NCBI GenBank assembly: GCA_023898425.1
Contig: CP060222.1
Location: forward strand, 390,001 to 422,000
Origin: Candidatus Saccharimonadota bacterium
GTDB lineage: Bacteria > Patescibacteriota > Patescibacteriia > 2-12-FULL-60-25
Length of the DNA stretch: 32,000 nt
Reading direction: 5' to 3'
Numbering within the stretch: position 1 is the stretch's first letter; every line of letters starts with the position of its first letter. The position numbers were made by a program, and so were the translations under genes. This document shows, in pieces, positions 15,677 to 23,930 of the stretch. The notes under the pieces are model-generated. The model did not search any database. It saw only the letters and a list, made by a program, of their open reading frames with translations, and had not been told where the DNA came from.

Positions 15677-16181
15677 CAGTAATCATCCAATTAGCATTCA
15701 GCAGCTTGATAGAGAGCACGAGCAAGGACTACGTGTAGACGCTCGGCTACGAAGCAGGGTAGCCAACAGTATTGGCGCATCCTTGCTCAAAGCCGTGATC
15801 TTTCCAACGAGTTTTTTGCAGGCGCTTTCTAGACGCGGTAACTTGTATCTTGCAAAGCGTGACGATCAAGTCGTTGGAGCTGCTTATATGAAATTCATTC
15901 ATCGGCAACTGATGGGTGAATTGCTGGAACGTCAAAATTGGGCCGTTCTCTACGGTATTGATGCTGAAAACGAAACAATCTTTCGCTCGCTACTTCAATA
16001 CGTATTGGATGTGAATGCCCAACAAGGCATAAAGCGTCTCTATATTGGCAATGGTTTGCGTCGTAACGTCGTTGCTGCACTCAAGGCAAGCGTCGTTCAT
16101 CGAGAAACAAAGATCCTTCATGGATTAGACCTTGAGCTTTGTTTTGACAACGGACCTCAAGAGTTTTCTTTTCTGAAGTAG
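15666..16181 (+). CDS. Hypothetical protein, weak GNAT-acetyltransferase-like pattern
   Basis: A GTG start is preceded by the strong SD GGGAGGA (15654-15660). LYLAKRDDQVVGAAYMKF ... YGIDAENETIFRSLLQYVLDVNAQQGIKRLYI loosely resembles the GNAT beta4-alpha3-beta5 region but lacks a clear Q/RxxGxG/A motif. Confidence 0.5.
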   Translation: MLHNSNHPISIQQLDREHEQGLRVDARLRSRVANSIGASLLKAVIFPTSFLQALSRRGNLYLAKRDDQVVGAAYMKFIHRQLMGELLERQNWAVLYGIDAENETIFRSLLQYVLDVNAQQGIKRLYIGNGLRRNVVAALKASVVHRETKILHGLDLELCFDNGPQEFSFLK

Positions 16182-16231
16182 CACCAGCTACTTTTATGCC
16201 ATCGTTCTATCTCTAAAGAGTTGAGCGGTGG

Positions 16232-17740
16232 CTATTTTTTATTTTGGTTATTTTTTGCAAGTCGTTTACCGAGTTCTACGCCAAATTGATCAAAGTTATT
16301 TATATTTAATAAATGTCCTTGCACAAAGGTACGGTGCTCTTGTGTAGCATAAAGATACCCCAAAGACTTTGGTGTTAATTCATTCATCATCCAGAGACAA
16401 GAAGGGTGGTTGCCAGGCACTTCTTGGTAGGCATGTTCCGTTTGCGCATCACCATAGGCCAGCGCTTCGCGTTGAGCTGCTACATTTGATAAAAGCACTT
16501 GATGCTGTTCGAGAAACGAATGCGAAGGTTTTGAAACAGCGTAAAACTCAAAAGCTGTTTTCGTTGTACCTTGGTGAAACTGTTGAAAAAAGGCGTGTTG
16601 CGCATCTGTGCCAATGCCAGTGATTAAAAGGGGATTGGTTGGGTAGTTCACAGGTTTATTGTCACGATCAATGGATTTGCCATTGCTTTCCATGCGCAAT
16701 TGTTGAAGGTAATTTGGAAAAAGCGATAAGCGTTCGTCATAGGCGATCGCAGCCTCAGTATCTTTGTGTAAAAATTGTGTATTCCAAATACTCATGAGTG
16801 CAAGTATTGTTGCGGCATTACTTTCGTTATCAAAGAAATCAAGATCTGCTTGTTGAGCGCCATCTAGTAATTGTTTAAATACCTCAAATCCATAAACGAG
16901 TGCAATAGGTAGGCCTATAGAGCTCCAAAGAGAAAATCTCCCGCCCACCCAGTCCCACAAGCCGAAAATGTGATTCTTTGGTACACCAAAGTCTATCGCT
17001 GCCTTAGTGTCAGAAGTAAGCGCAACAAAATGTGTGGATATATCTGAAAGGGTTTTTGTGAGCCATTCTTTCGCGAGCTTCGCATTAAGTAATGTCTCTT
17101 GAGTTGTAAATGTTTTCGATGCAATGATGACGAGTGTCGTTTCTGGATTAAGGTTTCGAGTTGCTTCTATAAAAGCGTGCGCATCAACGTTTGAGATGGA
17201 ATGAAAGCGTAAATAGTGCTTGTGTTGAAAACGTAAGGCATTAATAATTGAACGTGGACCAAGATCCGAGCCACCAATACCTAAATGAATGATGTCGGTA
17301 AAGACTTTACCGGTACTACCAACAGTTTTACCTTCATGGATCATTGTAACAAAATCTGACATTTGTGTTTTGACGGCATGCACAAGATCTTGGATAGGTT
17401 GTCCATCAACCTTTGGATTACATGATTCTGTTCGCAAGGCGACATGTAGCGCAGGGCGTTGCTCAGTTTCGTTCACAATAGCACCTGACCATAATTGTTT
17501 TTTTGCTTCGTTCAATTGGCATTGGTCTGTTAATGCTTCAAGACTATGTAGGGTTGCCTCATCAATAAGTTGATAGTGAAAATCTAGTATGCCAAACGGT
17601 GTTTTTGTTTTTAATGCCTCAATGACTTCTGGCTTCTCATCATGCAATGTGCGTATTGTTGTTGATTGTAAGCGCTCTGCGTGATGAACGAGCTCTTGCC
17701 ATGCTTTTGTTTTGCTTGGATTTTGATGTGGCATGGTCAT
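16232..17740 (-). CDS. pgi: Glucose-6-phosphate isomerase
   Basis: 502 aa. IHLGIGGSDLGP...SKTFTTQET...GGRFSLWSSIGLP...ESNGK...HQGT...QFGVELGK are the canonical PGI motifs. Confidence 0.95.
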   Translation of the reverse strand: MTMPHQNPSKTKAWQELVHHAERLQSTTIRTLHDEKPEVIEALKTKTPFGILDFHYQLIDEATLHSLEALTDQCQLNEAKKQLWSGAIVNETEQRPALHVALRTESCNPKVDGQPIQDLVHAVKTQMSDFVTMIHEGKTVGSTGKVFTDIIHLGIGGSDLGPRSIINALRFQHKHYLRFHSISNVDAHAFIEATRNLNPETTLVIIASKTFTTQETLLNAKLAKEWLTKTLSDISTHFVALTSDTKAAIDFGVPKNHIFGLWDWVGGRFSLWSSIGLPIALVYGFEVFKQLLDGAQQADLDFFDNESNAATILALMSIWNTQFLHKDTEAAIAYDERLSLFPNYLQQLRMESNGKSIDRDNKPVNYPTNPLLITGIGTDAQHAFFQQFHQGTTKTAFEFYAVSKPSHSFLEQHQVLLSNVAAQREALAYGDAQTEHAYQEVPGNHPSCLWMMNELTPKSLGYLYATQEHRTFVQGHLLNINNFDQFGVELGKRLAKNNQNKK

Positions 17741-17747
17741 ATAGAGC

Positions 17748-18353
17748 CTATTGTACGTTAAGAGCTTTTATTGGCGCAAACGTTTTGCGATGTATAGGAC
17801 ATGCTCCATGTTTTGCAAGAGCTTCTTGATGTATTTTTGTGCCATAACCTTTGTGTTTAGCAAAAGCATATTCTGGGTAGAGTGTATCTTGCTCTAGCAT
17901 ATAATGGTCACGAGCCACTTTTGCCAGAATAGAAGCAGCGGCAATACAACGTAACTTACTATCACCCTTAACAATACCTTCATTTGGTAAGTCAAAGTTT
18001 GGAATGTTAAATCCATCAGAAAGAACGAGATCTGGTATTGTCTGCAGTCCTTTGATAGAGCGTTTCATTGCCAAAAAAGAAGCTTCGCGAATATTAAGGG
18101 TGTCTATTTCTTCAACGCTTGCAGAGGCAATACACCAGGCAATCGCATGCTGCTGAATAAGTGGAAAAAGTTCTTCGCGTTTTTTCTCGCTGAGTTTTTT
18201 AGAATCATCCAGCCCTGGCAGGCGAACATTGTCCGGCAAGATAACGGCAGCGGCATAAACGGGTCCTGCCCAAGGGCCTCGGCCCGCTTCATCAGTGCCG
18301 GCTATCGCTGTAAATCCTCGGGCTCGGTAGAGACTGTCTTGCATGCGTGCCAT
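17748..18353 (-). CDS. rnhB: Ribonuclease HII
   Basis: 201 aa. [21 protein letters not shown]...DSKKLS...[10 protein letters not shown]...KGYGT..H. Confidence 0.93.
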   Translation of the reverse strand: MARMQDSLYRARGFTAIAGTDEAGRGPWAGPVYAAAVILPDNVRLPGLDDSKKLSEKKREELFPLIQQHAIAWCIASASVEEIDTLNIREASFLAMKRSIKGLQTIPDLVLSDGFNIPNFDLPNEGIVKGDSKLRCIAAASILAKVARDHYMLEQDTLYPEYAFAKHKGYGTKIHQEALAKHGACPIHRKTFAPIKALNVQ

Positions 18354-18369
18354 ATGCTAAGGTTTTATC

Positions 18370-18765
18370 ATGAGATTGCTTGGATTAGATTACGGCGCTG
18401 CCCGTATTGGCGTTGCTTTGGGTGATACCGAAAGTCGTATTGCAAACCCGTGGCAGGTGATTGCAAATACCGACGAAGAAACGGTTTTTGCTACATTATC
18501 AGAGTTACTTAAGCGAGAACAGGCGCAAGGTTTTGTCGTTGGCGTGCCGCGTTTGCTTTCGGATACATCCATTCAAACAGCACAAGCATCTGAGATCCGT
18601 GGGTTTATTATGAGAATGAAAGAAAGAGGCTGGGTCGTTTATGAGCAAGATGAAACATGGTCTACAAAGACAGCGGCCAATCAACAAAAAGAACGCGGTC
18701 AAAAAGGCAAGCGCGATGATTTGGCAGCTTCTGTTATCTTACAAAGTTATCTCGATCGTTTTTAG
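18370..18765 (+). CDS. ruvX: Putative pre-16S rRNA nuclease / Holliday junction resolvase-like protein YqgF
   Basis: 131 aa. MRLLGLDYGAARIGVALGD...VVGVP...DDLAASVILQSYLD. Confidence 0.88.
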   Translation: MRLLGLDYGAARIGVALGDTESRIANPWQVIANTDEETVFATLSELLKREQAQGFVVGVPRLLSDTSIQTAQASEIRGFIMRMKERGWVVYEQDETWSTKTAANQQKERGQKGKRDDLAASVILQSYLDRF

Positions 18766-18770
18766 CTCAT

Positions 18771-19547
18771 ATGCCGTCCTACTTACGTGAGACATTATTT
18801 GTCTTAAACGTTGAGCCTTATCGAGAACACGATGCTTGGATTACAGCTTACGGTAAAACAACGGGCAAAATTCATGCGATTGCACGCGGTGTGCGTAAAA
18901 TTGGCGCGAAGCAAATCGGACACCTAGAGCCGCTTTCATTTGCTGAGGTAATGCTTGCAAAGGGTAAAGCATATGATCATATTGCTGTTGCTCGTGCTCT
19001 TGGACCTGTATTACAAAGTCGAAGAAGACTTGGTTCGCTGGTTGTGCTTAAGGCATTTGCAGAAGCTGTTGATCGATTAACGCAGCCGGGTATTTCTGAT
19101 TCGGCGATCTATTCTTTCATTTCTGAAGTGGTGCGTACTTGGGAGGGGATTGAACAAGAACCTTCTTATCAACGCGGACAATATGCCCTCATGGCGGCAA
19201 TTCTTCGTCTTTTGGATTTATTAGGTATCGCGCCACCAATGGATGAATGCGTGCTTTGTCGAGCGACATTACGCGATGAGGCTTGGATGATGCCGAGACA
19301 AGGTTCACTGGCGTGCACGAGCTGCATTAGAGCAAAAAGAGCAGAGTATTCAACCGCCTACCAAATTAGTGGTGATACTCGCCGTATGCTTGCTTGGAGT
19401 GCGAATGCATCCTATCAACAAGCTCTCTCTGTTCGTGTGCCAACAAGGGTATTAAATGAAGTCTGCGTGGTGATTCACGACTGTTTACATCAGGCTCCAA
19501 TGCAAGGCACGTTTCGTGGTCATGAGTTTTTGACGGTTTTAAGTTGA
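18771..19547 (+). CDS. recO: DNA repair protein RecO
   Basis: 258 aa. An OB-fold N-terminus (FVLNVEPYREHDAWITAYGKTTGKIHAIARGVRK) and a Cys4 zinc motif (CVLC...CTSC). Confidence 0.85.
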   Translation: MPSYLRETLFVLNVEPYREHDAWITAYGKTTGKIHAIARGVRKIGAKQIGHLEPLSFAEVMLAKGKAYDHIAVARALGPVLQSRRRLGSLVVLKAFAEAVDRLTQPGISDSAIYSFISEVVRTWEGIEQEPSYQRGQYALMAAILRLLDLLGIAPPMDECVLCRATLRDEAWMMPRQGSLACTSCIRAKRAEYSTAYQISGDTRRMLAWSANASYQQALSVRVPTRVLNEVCVVIHDCLHQAPMQGTFRGHEFLTVLS

Positions 19548-19623
19548 CGCTTTGTTTGGTAGCTGGTTCAATAGATTTGTCTTGGACTTTTGAATATTGT
19601 TACGCAACCAAAAAGAGGTGTCC

Positions 19624-20493
19624 ATGCGAAATCCGTCAGTAGCACAACGCGCTCCTCGGTCGATTGGCTTGCCAGCATATACAGCTTTTCTTAGGCCAAG
19701 CATGGCTCATGATGCTGTAGATCTTGGTCGAGATTCAAGTCATCGAGAAGCGTTAGCGCTCTGCGTCTTTCTGCTTTGCTTAAGAAAACATCGGATGATC
19801 GCTACACATGAGGAGCCTGCCAATGATGCAGCGCCGAATGAGGTGACAGAGCACATCGACTTGACGAGTGAGCAAGACTGGAGAATGTGGGAGCAGTCAC
19901 GTATAGATCGTGCACATGAACGCGAACGCCGTCATTGGACGAGTCGAGCGGCGATGCCTGACCTTGCCGTCCAAGAGTTCAATGAAGTGATCAAGAGCGT
20001 TGATCGTGTTGACGAGAGCCTGTATAGGTTCACGATTACCGATCGGGCTTTGGGTGATTTCATTCGTCATTTTTTTGCCTATAGCCGCAAGGTTGGGCAT
20101 TTCTGTGAATGGATGGCTGAAAGTCCTGATCTCTGCAAGCAGACGCTCTATGATCCATATGGCGTCAAACGATTTTCTCAGCTCGAGACAACAGACAAGC
20201 GCGCTGTTCGTCATGAGATGCGACTCTTGCTTCAAGAATCCCTCAAAGCCCTGATTGCCTACAGTGAGTTGGGGCATGGTAAAAATGCTCACAGAGAGCA
20301 AAAAACAGAAGTGAGAATATTGAATATCTCGACACGAGAGCGTTTTTGCGCCGTCTTGGATCGAGAAAACTATATGATCATTGCCTTCTATCCTGAGAGC
20401 GAGCGCAATCGTAAGCGCGCTTATAAGTCACCTCGTCAATTCGACATCCGACTTAAGAGCCATCGCAATCGTAAAGAAGGACGCTTGCACTGA
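19624..20493 (+). CDS. Hypothetical protein (orphan), Arg/His-rich with a basic C-terminal tail
   Basis: The ATG at 19624 is preceded by AGAGGTG (19614-19620); the track's TTG at 19597 is less likely. The gene is locally GC-rich (hand count 38/60 in 19921-19980). I do not recognise a family. Confidence 0.55.
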   Translation: MRNPSVAQRAPRSIGLPAYTAFLRPSMAHDAVDLGRDSSHREALALCVFLLCLRKHRMIATHEEPANDAAPNEVTEHIDLTSEQDWRMWEQSRIDRAHERERRHWTSRAAMPDLAVQEFNEVIKSVDRVDESLYRFTITDRALGDFIRHFFAYSRKVGHFCEWMAESPDLCKQTLYDPYGVKRFSQLETTDKRAVRHEMRLLLQESLKALIAYSELGHGKNAHREQKTEVRILNISTRERFCAVLDRENYMIIAFYPESERNRKRAYKSPRQFDIRLKSHRNRKEGRLH

Positions 20494-20561
20494 TACTGAG
20501 ACGGCCATTATCCACGGCACCTGCTTTGGATGATGGTCGTTTTATGTTATTCTTCTTGTAT

Positions 20562-21182
20562 ATGGCCACTCAAAAAATGTCACGTGACTGGATGGAAGTC
20601 TTTATTGGTATCGGTGTTATCATTTTTATTGCATTTCTTGTTATCCCTCCAATGGCAACACGAGTGGCAACAAAAGAGATTCAACGTTATAGAGAATGTC
20701 AGGTTGCTGCCAGAGAAGATTGTAAGGCATCTATTGTTTGGAGACTTTATGATATCGCTCTTATTCAGTCCGGGGCGATCAATTTAACGAACAGTGCGTA
20801 TCAACAAGAGATTCAAGGTTTAATTGGAAGCGGTCGCGCAAAAACACCGCTTAGAAGCTCTGATAATGCCGCTATTATCGATACCTCAGAATTAGTTGGT
20901 CAAAATCCAGGCGCAGATGGTTTTTATCGTCCTAATGGTGGAGAAGAACTCGAAGTAAAGGCAACAATCACAGGCAACCCTGATGAAGTATTACTGTACT
21001 TAGTGCCAAAAGGTGTAGAGACAGCTGGCATCCCAGAAAAAGCCGGCGTGATGAAGGCAGAGGGCACAAACTACTCGACAAAGGTGCTTATTCCTAATGG
21101 TTATGTAGGAGAGCTCGAAATTCGTGCCGTTGGCCCGGGCAAAGAGCAGTCGCAGTTATATTTTGATATTGCTGCCCAGTAA
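20562..21182 (+). CDS. Hypothetical N-terminally membrane-anchored protein
   Basis: One TM segment (VFIGIGVIIFIAFLVIPPMA), followed by a soluble, beta-rich C-terminal region (EELEVKATITGNPDEVLLYLVPKG...GELEIRAVGPG). The start is uncertain: ATG 20562 or 20577, versus the track's 20526. Confidence 0.5.
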   Translation: MATQKMSRDWMEVFIGIGVIIFIAFLVIPPMATRVATKEIQRYRECQVAAREDCKASIVWRLYDIALIQSGAINLTNSAYQQEIQGLIGSGRAKTPLRSSDNAAIIDTSELVGQNPGADGFYRPNGGEELEVKATITGNPDEVLLYLVPKGVETAGIPEKAGVMKAEGTNYSTKVLIPNGYVGELEIRAVGPGKEQSQLYFDIAAQ

Positions 21183-21190
21183 GGTATTTA

Positions 21191-21219
21191 TTGATTTCAT
21201 TTCTATCATTCGCTAAGGT
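21191..21219 (+). promoter_or_regulatory. aspS promoter TTGATT-17-TAAGGT, ATG 8 nt downstream (leaderless-type)
   Basis: TTGATT at 21191-21196, a 17-nt spacer, TAAGGT at 21214-21219 and the ATG at 21228. No SD. Confidence 0.5.
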
Positions 21220-21227
21220 ACATCCCT

Positions 21228-22625
21228 ATGAACAGGACGATGATTTTGTCGATTGCCGACATGGTGGGACAAGAAGTTGAGCTCTATGGCTGGGTAGATA
21301 CACGCCGAGACATGGGAAAGATTTCGTTTATTGATTTGCGTGATCGTTCTGCGATCGCTCAGGTAGTTTTAGTACCAGCAGAATTAGACGAAGCCTCACA
21401 AGCAATTTTAAAAGATTTACGTTCTGAATTTTGTCTCTCGGTAAAAGGGATTGTTAATGCTCGTGGCGCAAATCAGGTAAATCCAAATATGCCAACAGGT
21501 ACGGTTGAGGTATTGGCAAAATCTATCACGATTTTAAACGAAGCTAAGACACCACCATTTGCACTTGATAATACCGCAGGTATTAACGAAGAAGTTCGTT
21601 TGAAATACCGCTATCTAGATTTGCGTAGTCAGCGCATGTTGAAGAATCTTGTCTTACGTGATCAAATCATTCGTTTTTTCCGCAGCTATTTGCATGGCGA
21701 AGGCTTTATTGAAGTTGAAACACCATGTCTTACAAAAGGCACGCCCGAAGGATCTCGTGAGTATCTAGTACCTTCACGTTTGCATGAAGGAGATTTTTAC
21801 GTTCTTCCACAATCACCACAGCAGTTTAAGCAATTACTTATGGTGTCAGGTGTCGAAAAGTATTTTCAAGTAGCACGCTGTTTCCGTGACGAGGATCAAC
21901 GCGGTGATCGTCAACCAGAATTTACACAGCTCGATATGGAGCTTTCATTCGTTGACCGTGAAGATGTCTTGAACTTGGTAGAAAAGATGATGATCGAATT
22001 AATCACCGCTGTTTCTCCAGAAAAGAATATCATTACCAAACCATTTCCACGCATTTCTTATGCTGACGCCATGGCAAAATATGGCAATGATAAGCCGGAC
22101 ATGCGCGTGAACAAAGAAGATCCAAATGAATTAGCCTTTTGTTGGGTAGTAGATTTTCCGATGTTCGAAGATGATGGTGAAGGGGGTGTACAAGCTGTGC
22201 ATCACCCATTTACGTCTCCACATCCAGAAGATATGGCTTTGCTTGATACTGAGCCAACAAAAGCAAGAGCAAATGCGTATGATCTTGTACTCAATGGCTA
22301 TGAAGTCTTTGGGGGTTCTATTCGTATCTACCAACGTGAGTTACAAAATAAGATCTTTACCTTGCTTGGCCTTGATGCTGAAACCATTGAATCACGTTTT
22401 GGTCATATGCTCGAAGCGTTTGAATATGGCGCTCCTCCACACGGCGGCATAGCGGCAGGACTTGATCGTCTTGTAATGATTTTGGCCAACGAACCAAATA
22501 TTCGCGAGGTAATCGCCTTTCCAAAAACAGGCGATGCACGTGATCTTCTCATGGGAGCTCCAAGCACTATTGAAGAAAAGCGCCTCATCGAAGCCCATGT
22601 GCAAGTTCGTCCTTCAAAAAAATAG
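21228..22625 (+). CDS. aspS: Aspartate--tRNA ligase, bacterial-type sequence but lacking the GAD insertion domain
   Basis: 465 aa. FIDLRDR..., [34 protein letters not shown] (motif 2), DKPDMR directly followed by ...[47 protein letters not shown] (motif 3). Confidence 0.95.
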   Translation: [465 protein letters not shown]

Positions 22626-22628
22626 TCC

Positions 22629-23336
22629 ATGAGTTACGCTGTTACCCTTGATCAATTCGAAGGTCCACTAGATCTCCTTTTGCAACTCGTCGAAAGCGAG
22701 AAGCTTACGATTACCGAGATTTCTCTCGTTAAGGTAACGGAACCCTTTGTTACGTATATCCGCCAAAACCAAGGAGTTATCCCTCCCGAAGAGTTGGCGG
22801 ATTTTTTGGTGATTGCAGCAAAGTTACTCTATCTCAAATCAAAGATGATGTTGCCAGATCTTCATGACCCGGAGCTAGAAGAAGGCCCTGATTTGGCGTC
22901 GCAATTAAAACTCTATAAAGCGTTCTCCGAAGCGTCACTTGTATTGTCGCAACGCTGGAACGAATCTAAGACGCTTTTTGGTAGACAGTTTCGTGCAAAG
23001 AAACCAGCGCCGGCATTTCTTCCTCCTCAACAGGTTGATGGTGATCTTCTACGGGAGTACTATCTAAAAGCTCTTAAACGTCTTGAGCCTGTTGTGAAGC
23101 TTCCAAAAGCAGCAATCGAACGTGTCGTGACGATAGAAGAAAAAATCGCTACATTAAAAACACGTATACATTCGATGATGCGAATGAGTTTTCAGCGCTT
23201 TTTAGCTGATTCGCATGACCGTTATGAAATGGTTGTCTCGTTTCTTGCGCTATTAGAGCTCATCAAACAAAAAGAAGTTACGTATGAACAAAGTGAGCTC
23301 TTTTCTGAGATAACGCTTAAGGCACCAACCGTATAA
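22629..23336 (+). CDS. scpA: Segregation and condensation protein A (kleisin)
   Basis: 235 aa. FEGPLDLLLQLVESEKLTITEISLVKVTEPF... and the C-terminal VVSFLALLELIKQKEV. Confidence 0.9.
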   Translation: MSYAVTLDQFEGPLDLLLQLVESEKLTITEISLVKVTEPFVTYIRQNQGVIPPEELADFLVIAAKLLYLKSKMMLPDLHDPELEEGPDLASQLKLYKAFSEASLVLSQRWNESKTLFGRQFRAKKPAPAFLPPQQVDGDLLREYYLKALKRLEPVVKLPKAAIERVVTIEEKIATLKTRIHSMMRMSFQRFLADSHDRYEMVVSFLALLELIKQKEVTYEQSELFSEITLKAPTV

Positions 23337-23340
23337 TTTT

Positions 23341-23928
23341 ATGACCGTACACGCCCTCCTCGAAGCAGCGCTCTATGCCGCTGGACAAAGTATCAGTATA
23401 AAAAAACTGGCACAGGTTTTATCTTTGGATGAAGACGCCATTGTTCAAGGGCTGGATATTTTAAAAAAAGATCTCGAAGAACAAGAAAGGGGATTGGTAT
23501 TGCTTGTTGATGATAAACAGGCTGAGCTTGTTACACATCCTGAGGCTGCAGAAACAGTGCGATCATTGTTAGACATCGAATCCCAAGGGGAGTTATCAAA
23601 AGCCTCAATGGAGGCGCTCGCCATCATTGCCTATCGCGGCCCTATGACAAGACCAGAGCTTGAGCAGATCCGCGGTATTCAGTCTTCGACGATATTGCGT
23701 ATCCTCTCGATGAGAGGTCTTATTGATCAAACGGACGAAATGCGTCTTGGTCAGCCTGTGTATACGGTAACTGCTGATTTCTTTAAGCATATCGGTTTTA
23801 CGAGCGCAGCAGAATTGCCTGATTACGAACAATTACGCAATCATACGTCTGTTGAGACCGTACTAAAAGAACTTGAACCACTCGCGACACAAGTTCCACT
23901 TCAATCTTCTGAACCATCTACACCCTAA
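23341..23928 (+). CDS. scpB: Segregation and condensation protein B
   Basis: 195 aa. LEAALYAAGQSISIKKLAQVL...SKASMEALAIIAYRGPMTRPELEQIRG. Confidence 0.9.
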   Translation: MTVHALLEAALYAAGQSISIKKLAQVLSLDEDAIVQGLDILKKDLEEQERGLVLLVDDKQAELVTHPEAAETVRSLLDIESQGELSKASMEALAIIAYRGPMTRPELEQIRGIQSSTILRILSMRGLIDQTDEMRLGQPVYTVTADFFKHIGFTSAAELPDYEQLRNHTSVETVLKELEPLATQVPLQSSEPSTP

Positions 23929-23930
23929 AC

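Noticed and set aside
12943-16231. Calling the tRNA-Glu-adjacent block a mobile element or integrative island
   Set aside because: No integrase, recombinase, transposase or phage gene is present, and I found no direct repeat of the tRNA 3' end at the distal boundary. I report it only as a compositional anomaly.
20506-20514. DnaA-box-like 9-mers (TTATCCACG at 20506; TGTGGATAT at about 17033) as a hint of oriC near parAB
   Set aside because: These are isolated single 8/9 matches with no cluster, no adjacent AT-rich unwinding element and no dnaA or dnaN in the window.
20579-20588. GTCACGTGAC, a 10-bp perfect palindrome considered as a parS-like site
   Set aside because: It shares only the central CACGTG with the parS consensus TGTTTCACGTGAAACA, and its flanks do not match. 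It lies in the start region of an orphan gene about 7 kb from parAB. I found no convincing parS anywhere in or near parAB (27673-29366).
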